This document shows positions 10,455 to 20,373 of a DNA stretch of 64,000 nt, piece after piece. The stretch's first letter is position 1; every line of letters begins with the position of its first letter. The stretch is from Hyaloraphidium curvatum SAG 235-1 (taxonomy: Eukaryota; Fungi; Monoblepharomycota). The notes under the pieces were generated by a model, which did no database searches, was not told where the DNA came from, and saw only the letters and a list, made by a program, of their open reading frames with translations. A program made the translations under genes and the position numbers. Location: positions 1 to 64,000 of the forward strand of contig JAIVFI010000031.1 in NCBI GenBank assembly GCA_025558095.1, given 5' to 3'.

Positions 10455-11891
10455 TCACCCCGGACACACCGTCTCGAGCGTGAACCCCACCCCCGCCCCC
10501 CTCAGCACGGACCACATACCCACCGCGACGGTCAGCACCGTCGCCAGGAACCCGCGGACGACCGCGTAGCCGACCCTGAACCCGAGGAACCGCCCCTGCT
10601 TCTCCTCCGTCCTCGCGAACGCGTCCAGCAGGTCCGCGTGCCGCTGCAGGGCCGAGGCCACGGGCGCGGAGGGTTCCCCGGCGAGGAGGACGAGGATGCG
10701 GGTGCGGTAGGCGAGGTACAGGGAGGCGGCGCGGTCGATCTCGGCGTTGGCGGCGGCAACGGAGAGCATCTCGTAGGTGAACACCGCGAGGAAAGTGACC
10801 AAGAGGAAGGCAATCCAGAGTGGGACGCAGGAGGAGGCGGCGGCCGTGACGGCGCCACTGGCGAGCAGCGTGCCCATCAGCGTCGTGATGCCCGCGCGGC
10901 CCAAGGACAGGTGCTCCAGTTCCGCGGGCCACGCTCTCGACAAAGCAAAGTGCAGGGCGATGTAGGGCTCGTCGGCGGGGCGGGGTGGGGGGGACGACGA
11001 GGTCTCCCTGGCTACGAGACGCGCCAGGACGTCGCCCAGCATGAGGTCCAAGGCGCGGCATCGCAAACGGCCGAGCAGGCGCGACATGGCGATGCTCGGG
11101 GTGTTGTAAATGGTGACAAGGTGGGTCGGCAGGGAGTAAACCAGCAGTTCGTTCACAAGGAAGAGGGCGACGAAGGTCGCGGCCCACGGGGTCGCCCGCA
11201 GCTGCCCGCCGAACGTGAATATCAGCGTCCACGTGAGCGAGAAGTTGGCAAAAAGCTCGGTGACCAGCGGGGGGAGCGGCGCGAGGCCGCGCAGGATCGC
11301 GGCCTGCCCCGGGAGAGAGCCGGAGCACGCATCGTCGGGGCAGGCGCACTGGACGTCCTCGGCGGATACATGGGCCACGAGACGCGATCCCCGGGTGACC
11401 AACCGCCGCCAGCGCACGAGCACGGCGAACGGATGCGCGTCCACGTTCGGCGCGGCCACGAAGCGCGCGGCCACGAAGCGCGCGGCGAGCATGTTCCACA
11501 GGCCTAGCGCGCCAAGCACGAGACATCCGCCGATCCAGAGGCCGGCCGACACCGTGTAGGCCGCCATGTGTTTCGTGCTGAACGTACCGGTCTCGCTGTT
11601 GAAGATCCACATCGCGGCAAACAGCGGGACGTAGGAGCCGGTCGTAGCAATGAGCCGAGCCCCGGTCCAGCGAGCGGCACCGGCAAGTGCGAGGTGCAGG
11701 CGTGTTGCGCCGTGCAGGAACGGGTAATCGGCGAGCCCGTCGAGGAGCGCCTTTCGGTCGAGCGCGTCGCCGCCCGCCTCGGCGTCGCGCCCCTTGGATC
11801 GCCCGCCGGGGCCCGGCATGCCGCCCGGAAAAAGGGCGTCCTCCTCCGCAGCGGACAGCCGCAGGGGGCCGGGCGGGGCGTCGCGGGCCAT
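10455..11891 (-). CDS. Intact, intronless 7-TM receptor/channel-like protein (7TMIC/GRL/DUF3537-like), 478 aa
   Basis: No signal peptide; 7 hydrophobic segments with short 1-2, 3-4 and 5-6 loops and long helical 4-5 and 6-7 loops; ends HADLLDAF...GRFLGFRVGYAVVRGFLATVLTVAVGMWSVLRG. Confidence 0.8.
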   Translation of the reverse strand: MARDAPPGPLRLSAAEEDALFPGGMPGPGGRSKGRDAEAGGDALDRKALLDGLADYPFLHGATRLHLALAGAARWTGARLIATTGSYVPLFAAMWIFNSETGTFSTKHMAAYTVSAGLWIGGCLVLGALGLWNMLAARFVAARFVAAPNVDAHPFAVLVRWRRLVTRGSRLVAHVSAEDVQCACPDDACSGSLPGQAAILRGLAPLPPLVTELFANFSLTWTLIFTFGGQLRATPWAATFVALFLVNELLVYSLPTHLVTIYNTPSIAMSRLLGRLRCRALDLMLGDVLARLVARETSSSPPPRPADEPYIALHFALSRAWPAELEHLSLGRAGITTLMGTLLASGAVTAAASSCVPLWIAFLLVTFLAVFTYEMLSVAAANAEIDRAASLYLAYRTRILVLLAGEPSAPVASALQRHADLLDAFARTEEKQGRFLGFRVGYAVVRGFLATVLTVAVGMWSVLRGAGVGFTLETVCPG

Positions 11892-12010
11892 GTCACTGAA
11901 CGCGGGTCCGGGTCGCGTTGGCGTCGTAAACAGGGTTCGACTTGTCCCCCCACAGCTTGCTCGAGGCGCGATGTCCGATCGGCCTGAGCCGACCCCGCAA
12001 TCTACAGAGC

Positions 12011-12410
12011 CTACAGCATCGTCGCCGCATCCACCTTCATCCCCCAGTCCGCGAGCGCGGCCCTGAGGGCGGCCTTGCCGTCCCCGAGCACGGGCCTGCC
12101 GTGGCCCGCGAGCAGGTTCTCCCACTCGAGGCCCAACACCTTCTCGAAGCCCCTCTTCACGGCGGCCCTGTCGGAATGGTAGTACCTGTGATACGACTGC
12201 CCGGCCAGCCTGCCCGCGGGCATGCCGATGAGGTACGCGTAGAAGCGGAACCACCACGGGTCCCCGGGGGCGTGCCCAAAGGCAAAGTCGGTGACAAAGG
12301 CCGAGCGGGTGGGCCGGTGGACGAGCACGTTCTCGACGATGACGGGCCCGCCGACGGTGGTGCACTCGAACTCGCCGTTCCAGACGCCGTCGTCGGGGAG
12401 CCGGGGCGGG
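12011..12410 (-). pseudogene. C-terminal half of a DUF4336-like (metallo-beta-lactamase-like fold) protein
   Basis: ENVLVHRPTRSAFVTDFAF...DRAAVKRGFEKVLGLEWENLLAGHG matches the family pattern E..F.HR.SRTL..TD...W.F.R...HG; the N-terminal half is missing and I see no splice acceptor. Confidence 0.65.
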
Positions 12411-12618
12411 CGAGATCGCGTGCGCGCCGCAGTTCCGCCCGCGCGCCGTCGGCGTCGCCCGCGCTGCGGAGGCACAGCGCCAGCAGCAGGTGCCCCGCGA
12501 TGCAGTCGGGGTGCGCGGTGGCCCACGCCGCGGCGGCCGCGGTCTGCATCGCCCCGGCAACGAGCCCGTTCCGGACGATGTCGAAGAGCTCGGCCCGGAG
12601 CGCTTTGAGCGGCGCCAT
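12410..12618 (-). pseudogene. TPR-like helical fragment abutting the DUF4336 fragment out of frame
   Basis: AHPDCIAGHLLLALCLRSAGDADGARAELRRARDL follows the TPR consensus P....A...L...L...G....A......A. Confidence 0.45.
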
Positions 12619-13315
12619 CGTGGGGGGTGCCTTTATTCCAGGAGCGGCTATAATACGGGTCCCCCAGGCCGTTGCGTCGCATTAGCCGTTCCAGGTGCCC
12701 CCTCGGGGAGCACGTCGTCCTTGTACGTGTGCGCCTGCAAAACTATCTCCGTCTCTCGAAACTGTCTGTAAAGTCGCTAGAGCTGGAAGTAGTCCTCGCA
12801 CTCTTCGAAGGGGGTACGGTCAAGGAGAAGCCCGTGACGACAGTTCCGGCCGAGTAGCAGTCGACCTTCTCGACGCAGGGCTCGCCCCGGACGATCTCTA
12901 GCTGGCGGGAGGTGGAAGGTGTGCGGACCATCGCGGTCATGCGGTGCTTGTTCCAGAGGACGACGTGGGCGAGTCGGCGAGCGAGAGGAAGCAGAAATCG
13001 TCGAAAGAGCGGAGGAGGATGTTCGGGGTTTTGAAAGCGCTATGGATGATGCCGTTGGCGTCACAGAGACGATCCGGTCCAATACGATGCGGGGATGCTG
13101 CGTGTACGTAGTCCAAAGAGCCTGTGCGAAGAATCCTTCAAGCCGTTCCCTAGCGCTTGTACCGCAACACCACGGCACGTGTCAACGCGTCGTTGAAATC
13201 GCGTTCTGCACCCTTGCACTTCTTGGGGCACCGGCTGATCGATTTTGCAGACGGAGCCATGGTGGGTCCAGCCAGCCCAGACGCGAAAATCTCCCGCGAT
13301 TGCGAATCGCAAGCC

Positions 13316-15207
13316 ATGGCCGGCTCCGTGGCCCGCGCCGCGCTCGCGGTGGTGCTGCTGGCGTTCCATGTCGCCGGTGCGGGGGCGGCAGAGGGCGCCC
13401 GGTGCCCGCTGCCGGCTTCGGCGAAGCTCGCCACCGCGTCTCCGCCGGCCGTCCTCCCGAAGCGAGTCCTGTCGCACCGCGACCGGATCACACCCGACGC
13501 GTTCTTCGACGTTATCAAGGAAATCGGATCGGGCGCGTTCGGCTCCGTGAGCGTGGCGTCGCTCAGGTCGTCGGCGCCGAGCTCGCTCGACCCGGCCAAC
13601 GGCCCGCGCCTCTTCGCGATCAAGGAGCAGAAGTACCCCAAGGACATCCCCGCGGGCGCGCCGGGGCACCAGGCGCGGACGGCCGCCCACGCCGACAAGA
13701 TGGAGCCGCACTTTGTGCGTGGCCTTCGCATCCGGTCGTGACGGTGCTTACCTGCCCGTGCCCGCAGATGTCAGTCGTCAACGGCGGCCCGTACCTGGTC
13801 CATTTCTGGGGCGCCTGGCGCGAGCAGACGGACGACATGAACAGCTTTTCCATAGCCATGCCCATCGCCAAATCGGACCTCGAGGCCGAGATCGCCGGCA
13901 AGGGCAAGTTCTTCCCCGCGGACGACCCTATCCCCGAGAACAAGGCGCGAATCCTCCTGGCGCAGCTTGCACTCGCCATCGGTCACATGCACTCCAAAGG
14001 AATCCTGCACCGGGACATCAAGGCCGGCAACATCCTGCTCGATTCCAAGCGACGCCCGATGCTCGCCGATTTCGGGTGCGCCATCAATGCGTCCTGGCCC
14101 CAGATAATGAAGGAGCACGTGGCGTTGGGATTCTGTGACTTCAGGATAGTGGCACCGGAGATTTGGTCGTTCGCGGAACGGCTGAGGGAGTTCCCGAACG
14201 AGGCGCCTTGTGGGTTAACCCCCCGACTGCCCGGGGACCTTGCCGTGCAACGGGCTTGACGATCCCCCCCAGTTGGCCGCGCATCCGACTGGTTCAGCTA
14301 TGGCGTTGTCGCCTTTGATCTCCTTACAAGGACGCCTTCTCCAAAGGACCCGACCGAAGGGGAGAGAAACGGGCCCTTCTCCATCCCAGGCTATCCGCCC
14401 GACTTCCACAAATTCTGGAGGAGCAAGTACGGCCAACAAGTGGGGGCGGATGAGTTCCTCGACGTCGACTACTGGAGGAACGCCGGCCTATCGTCGCAAG
14501 CAGGCGACCTCATCTTCAGGCTGTTGCACCCGGACCCGAGCAAACGCCTTGGCAGGTCCAGCCGCGACCAGCGCAAGCTGCAGGGTGCGTGAATGCCGCA
14601 TCCGCTCCCCACCGTCGGCGGCAGTGAGTCCTGACGCCCACCGTGCCTCCACACAGGTTGGCAGGCCGTGCTCTGCCACCCTTTCTTCGCCCCGCTCCAG
14701 CTGGAGCGACTGATCCGCGCTGGCGGCACGCAGGCCATGGAGCTCAACGAGCCCGTCAAGTTCAATACCCGGGACGGTCAGCCGCCGACACCTGGGGCGA
14801 GGGCCAACACGCCGCCTGCCAACGTGCCCCAGCAGGTCAGGGCAGCTGCCTCCGAGGCCGTGTTCGCGTACGGCTTTTCGGAGGAAGCGGATGGCGGTGC
14901 CAGCGCGTACCTCGCTTCCGACGCGGACGGGGGCGGGAGGTCCAGGCCATCAAGCTCCGGCAGCTCGGGCGGCGGGAGGAACAGGGGTTCCAGCGGGTCC
15001 GGCGACCCCTACCTCGCAGCGGCGAACGCCTACCTCGGCGCCGACGACGACGGCGGACAATCCGGGGGTTCAAACGACCCTTACCTTGCCGCCGACGACG
15101 GCGGCGGAAGATTCCGCGGCTCGAGGGGAGGCGGGCGCAACAGCGGCGGAAGGAGGAGCAAGCTCTGGAGGCGTCGCATCCTCGCGGAAGCACTTGGGAA
15201 AGCTTGA
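13316..15207 (+). CDS. AGC-like Ser/Thr protein kinase with an N-terminal signal-peptide-like segment and a Gly/Tyr/Asp-repeat tail (3 introns)
   Basis: IGSGAFGSV, FAIK, HRDIKAGNILL, LADFG, VAPE, SDWFSYGV, LIFRLLHPDPSKRLG, HPFF; N-terminus MAGSVARAALAVVLLAFHVAGAGA. Confidence 0.85.
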
Positions 15208-15511
15208 GCGCGGGGCGTCATCGGGCCGTCGGGGAGCGGCCTGGTTGGCGTGTTCATTTATTCGTTTCCGGGACCGATTCCGCCAGAGAAGACCTACATG
15301 GCGCAGGAGCTTGGAGACGGTCGGTTGCAGCGGGTGACGGAAATTCGCGATTTCCCGCATTTTGCATGTCGCATGTCTTGGATGTATGCACGTAACTCAT
15401 GTGGACGCCTCGTTGCCGCGTTCCCGCCCATGTTCCGATAAAATGCACGCAGCAGACCCTTCCTCTGTATACGTTCATGCAAGGGGCGCTACACTGCCCA
15501 GCCATCCGCGC

Positions 15512-17388
15512 CTAGAGCCTGGCCTTGCTCGCCGCCTCGCGTTCCCGCAGCACCCTCCTGAGCACCTTGCCGTTCGAGTTCCTCGGGATCTCGTCCACGG
15601 CCACCACCCCGCCCCTCAGCCGCTTGTGCGCCGCCGTCCTCCCCGCCGCCCACTCCACAACTTCGACAGGATCAAACTTCTCCCCACCCGAGGCGGGCGC
15701 GGGGACCACGAACGCCCTCGGCACCTCCCCGAACCTGTCGTCCGGCACCCCGATCACGGCGCAGTCCGCCACCCGCGGGTGCAGGAGCAGCAAGCCCTCG
15801 AGCTCCGATGGCGCCACCTGCATCGCGTTGACCTTGATCAGCTCCTTGAGCCGGTCGGTGATGTACCCCCTGCCCTCGGCGTCGATGTACCCGACGTCGC
15901 CGGTGCGGAGCCACCCCGCGCCGGTGAATTCCAGCCCGTCGGGGCCGCGCGTATCCCGTTCGCCGTCGCGGAAGGCGATAGCGGCAAGGGAGGCGGCGGG
16001 GTCGCCGAGGTACCCGACGGAGCGGTTGGGACCCCGCGCCCAGAGCTCGCCTTCTTCCCCGGGGCCGAGGAGGCGGCCGTCGGGGGATACCACTATCATC
16101 TCGGAGGAGGGGGAGAGGGTGCCAACGCTGCCCGCGGGGTTGGGCGCGTCGAGGGTGCAGCGCAGGACCGAGGACATCTCCGTCATCCCTAGCCGCCGAC
16201 GATGGAGCGTCAGCGTGCCTGCGAGCGAGGAACTTTGCCGGCGGAGAACACCCACCGTATCCCTGCTTCACCTGCACCTCGCCCGGAAACACCCCAACCA
16301 GCGCCTGCTCCGTCTCGGCGCGCATCGGCGCCGCGCCGCAGAACACGTACCGCACGCTCGACAGGTCGTAGGGGGCGAGCTCCTCCCGCGGCATGGCGAT
16401 CAGGCGGACGACCACGGGCGGGACGAGGAAGAGCACGGGGGGGCGGTACCGCGAGACGAGGCGGAGGTACGGCTCGGGGGCGAACTTGGCCATCATGACG
16501 ACCGTCACGCGCTGCAAGGGGCGGCAGGTGAGCTTCACGGGCCTCGTTGCCCACCCAACAGACACCTACCAAGCCCAACAGCGACCCCATGAAATAGTTG
16601 CACCCGTACACGTGGGCCATGGGCACGAACGCCACTGCAGCCTTGGTTCCCCCAACGGGATCCCACGCCAGCGCCCCCCGCATCGTCGAGCCGATCTGCA
16701 GCGCCGCGGCGGTCTGGTTCGCGTGCGTCAGGGCGACGGCTTTTGGGGCGCCCGAGGTGCCGCTCGAAAAGGGGACGAGGCAGACGGTCCGCTCGGCGTC
16801 GGCGGGCGAGAGGGGGTTGAATCGGACGGGCGGGAGGGTGCGGCCGAGTTCGAGGAGGTCGGGGAGGGTGGGGGTGCCCGGTGGGACGGGCGAGCCGGGC
16901 GGCGGCCGCGAGGCGAGGATCAGCAGGGGTTTCGGGTTGAGGGGGGAGGCGGCGGGAGAGCTGACGTCCCACAGGTCCGCGTCGGTGACCACGGCCGCAG
17001 CCCGGCATTTCGCCAGTTGAGCGGCTACCTCGTCCCTCGTAAGGCTGGGAGACACGGGCGACACGGCATAGCCGGCCAGCACGGCCGCGTGGAACGCGAA
17101 CGGCACCTGCAGCGAGTTGTGCAGGTGCACGCCGACCACCGCGTCCCGCGGCAGCCCGAGGGTCTGGAGCGCCGCCGCCAGCAGCCACAGGTCCCTTTTG
17201 TAGTCCGCGTAGGTGACGGACGTGCCCGTGGAGCCGTCGACGTAGATCGGCGTGCGCGAATCGCGGTCCTCTTCGGCAAGGTCGCGGGGCTCCCCCGGGA
17301 CGGGCGGGGCCAGCCGCAGGGTCTGCAGCAGATGGCGGCGGTGTTCGCCGAGGGACGCGATGTCTATCGACGATCTGAACACCGTCAT
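15512..17388 (-). CDS. 4-coumarate-CoA ligase/luciferase-like acyl-CoA synthetase with PTS1 (-ARL)
   Basis: FSSGTSGAPKAV, QGYG/MTE, GWLRTGDVG, ITDRLKELIKVNAMQVAPSELE, IPRNSNGKVLRR. Confidence 0.93.
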
Positions 17389-18124
17389 GGCGAGCGATGG
17401 GGCCGGAGTTTGTATTGTTGTCGGGCCGACGCGTTGCCGGTCCGATCAGCCGTCGGTCTTGGTCGATCCAGAGCCGACTTGCGTAACCATACGAGGCGAA
17501 ATCAAAGACGGGGATGATGATTCGGGTCAAGAGGAAACACCCTCTGAGGGTTGGGAGCGTGGTAGCCCTTACTCGATGGGATGCGTGCGCCGCACGCCCC
17601 GTTGACCCCGTTTCTTTGCGCACGATTACTAGTGGAGAAAGGCTCCAACCGGCGGCACGAGTATCTCTATAATCTTGCTTGCATAGAATCTTGCTTGCAA
17701 GTCGGCCTCCGTTTACTTTTTTGGCGTTTGCCTCTTCCCTGGGTCCGCGGACAAGACATGTCCTGTTCTTCTGGGCGCGGCATCCAACGGTCTCGCAATT
17801 CGCGGTGCTCTACGGTTGTTTGCTGGATGCTTCCAATCGAATTGACCTTGAGCTACGGGGCCGGCTCAGGCTGATCGTACTTCGCAGCCTCGAGAAAGCT
17901 GCGGGGGACAAGTCGAGCCCGTGTTTAGTGGCCGCCAACCGAGCAGGGGACGACAGATATCGGTGAACGGCGGATCCATTGAGGAGATTTTTCGGTCGTG
18001 TGGATCGTTGCCCTGCTGACCGGACTGGAGTTGCGTCATCGTGGGGGCCCCCTCACCCGCCACGCTTCCCTTCTGGGACGCGCCGTGAATCACACCAACT
18101 CGCACACACAGAATCCCCACCAAA

Positions 18125-20032
18125 ATGACCCTTCGCGGCGCAAACCTGCGCCGCACCCTGCGGCGCGCATGCCGCCCCGAGCCCGGGCTGCTCCTCGCCC
18201 CGCTGCTCGGCCTCTTTGCCTTCTTCCAGGGCTGGCAGCCGCTCCAGCCCCTCTCGTTCGCCTGGGCGCCGCTGTTCGTCCTGATGGCGCTGCACGGCAA
18301 CGCGCTGACCTTTGCCGCGGCGTGGGCGGCGTCGGTGCTCGGCTGCTGGGGCTCGCTAACGGGGAGCTTCGGTTGGATCGCCGACGAAGAGGGGCCCTAT
18401 TTCGACTCGGGGGGGCTCACGCTGTCGTTCCTCCTCGGCATGCTTGCAGCCTCCGGCATGGCCATCGTAGTTTTACTGAACATGCTAGTGGTGCGGGGCA
18501 CAGAACGCTGGGCATCGGCCCTCTGGTTCCGCATCCTCTTCTATCCGCAAGCTGCCACCGGGATGTATGCCATCCTGGCCGCCTACTCACCCCTCGGGCA
18601 GGCCGGCTCCCCCGCCGAAACCGCCTTCGCCTCGCGCGACCTCGTCGTCGGATCTTTGTACCTCGGCGGCGTGTCGCTGGCCAACCTGGCCGTGCTCGGC
18701 GCGGCGTCGCTGGCGGCCTACGTGGTCGAGAAGGCGTGGTTCGACCTCGTGGAGGAAACCACCAGCGATGGGGTCGAGCAAAGCATCGCGGTGGAGGCCG
18801 ACGCCAAGCAGGTCGATCTCGCTGATGCCGGCGTTATTGTTGCCGTCGCCGACTCGGTCGAGCGCGACCTGCCGCAACCGGAAGCCAGCGCCGAAGTTCA
18901 AACACCCCTCAAGACCAGGTGGGGATCGGAGTCGTTCCGCCGGGCAACAACCAAGCTCGCCGCCTTCGTCACCCACCCGATCTCGGTCCCGCTGACCATC
19001 CTCCTCGTCGTCGTCACAACGGGCGCGGTGTTCAACATGGAGCTCCCCCTCGTCTTCTACCAGAAGCAGGCCTTCAGCGCGCACTCGACCGATACCTTCT
19101 CCTTCGGCTGCATGGCGATCCAGTCGCGGACGGACGAGTTCTTCCTCTCGGAGGCGGCCAAGATGGCCGCGCGGGGGACGCGCTTCATCACCACCTCGGA
19201 GCTGGGCCTCGGCGCGTCCGTCTCGGCTGCCAACGAGACGGCGTGGCTCGCCAAGTTCCAGGACTTTGCCCGCAACGCCACCGCGTACCTGGGGATCGGC
19301 TACCTCGTCGCGATCGACCCCGAGGACCCGGAAGCAAACTACAACCGCTTCACAACCATCGCGCCCGACGGCCGCGTGCTCGCCAAATACGACAAAAACA
19401 GGCCGGTGCCCCTCTCGGAGGACACCTTCGTCGTCGCCGGCGCCTCCCCGCCCCCCGTGATCGAGCTGGACCCGCGCGTGCTCAACCCCTCCTCGAACCT
19501 CTCCCGGCCCCTCAGGGTGCTGGTCGCCACCTGCTTCGACGGGGAATTCCCGTCCCTGCTGCGCCCCCCCGCCCTCGCAGCGGGCGGCGCCGACCTCTTC
19601 CTGCACCCCACGTGGCTGTGGGGGTCCCCCTCCACGCTGATCGACAGGGTTTACCCCTACCGCGCCGTCGACCTGGGACTGACGGAGCTCCGCTGCGCGA
19701 GCGGGGGCACGTCGGGTGCCTACGGCCCGCTGGGCACCGCGGCGGCGGCGTACAGGACGCACAGGGACACGGTGCTCGATTTCGAGGTGCCGCTGGTGCC
19801 GGGCGCGGGGTCGGTCTATTTGCACACGGGGGATGTGGTGGGGTGGGCGTGCCTGGGGGTCGCGGGGGCGCTGCTGATCTACGTGGGTGTGGGGAGGTGG
19901 GCGCCGTTTGGCAGGGGGTTGGCAGAGTTCAGGGTGTGGGGGAGGGTGAGGCGCTACCGGACGGCGGAGGCGGCGGGGGCGCGGATGGAGGAGGAGAGGG
20001 TGGCGGACGTGCTCGCGATGGGCTGTACATAG
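18125..20032 (+). CDS. Apolipoprotein N-acyltransferase (Lnt)-like membrane nitrilase-fold protein, intronless
   Basis: Multi-TM N-terminus plus a CN-hydrolase domain with an E-K-C triad (TSEL, YDKNRPVP, TCFD), YNRF, RCASGGTSGAYGPLG, and SVYLHTGDVVGW before a final TM. Confidence 0.85.
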   Translation: MTLRGANLRRTLRRACRPEPGLLLAPLLGLFAFFQGWQPLQPLSFAWAPLFVLMALHGNALTFAAAWAASVLGCWGSLTGSFGWIADEEGPYFDSGGLTLSFLLGMLAASGMAIVVLLNMLVVRGTERWASALWFRILFYPQAATGMYAILAAYSPLGQAGSPAETAFASRDLVVGSLYLGGVSLANLAVLGAASLAAYVVEKAWFDLVEETTSDGVEQSIAVEADAKQVDLADAGVIVAVADSVERDLPQPEASAEVQTPLKTRWGSESFRRATTKLAAFVTHPISVPLTILLVVVTTGAVFNMELPLVFYQKQAFSAHSTDTFSFGCMAIQSRTDEFFLSEAAKMAARGTRFITTSELGLGASVSAANETAWLAKFQDFARNATAYLGIGYLVAIDPEDPEANYNRFTTIAPDGRVLAKYDKNRPVPLSEDTFVVAGASPPPVIELDPRVLNPSSNLSRPLRVLVATCFDGEFPSLLRPPALAAGGADLFLHPTWLWGSPSTLIDRVYPYRAVDLGLTELRCASGGTSGAYGPLGTAAAAYRTHRDTVLDFEVPLVPGAGSVYLHTGDVVGWACLGVAGALLIYVGVGRWAPFGRGLAEFRVWGRVRRYRTAEAAGARMEEERVADVLAMGCT

Positions 20033-20373
20033 CTGAGCGGATGAAGAAGGCACTGATCGAGCTATCAAGACCTGTGTCGATATTGAAATGCTAGAGCTCT
20101 CCTCAGAAGATTGAGCCGCGCCATCCGTTCAAAGATCGACCGTCACCCCTTTCGATCCTGACGCCGTTCGATCGCCTGCAGTTCACGTTAGGTCCGGTAG
20201 CGCGAGGGCACCCACCCGAAGATTGCCCCGATCCGCGTTTCTCGTCCGACGAAGACGATGCGGCCGAGGTGCCCCTTGGATGATGTTCCGGAGCCTTTGT
20301 GCGGCCGCCGTACCCGCACCCTTCCGCTGTCCGACACGGAAGAATCAACAAGTATGCTTTGGTAGCCGCTCGT

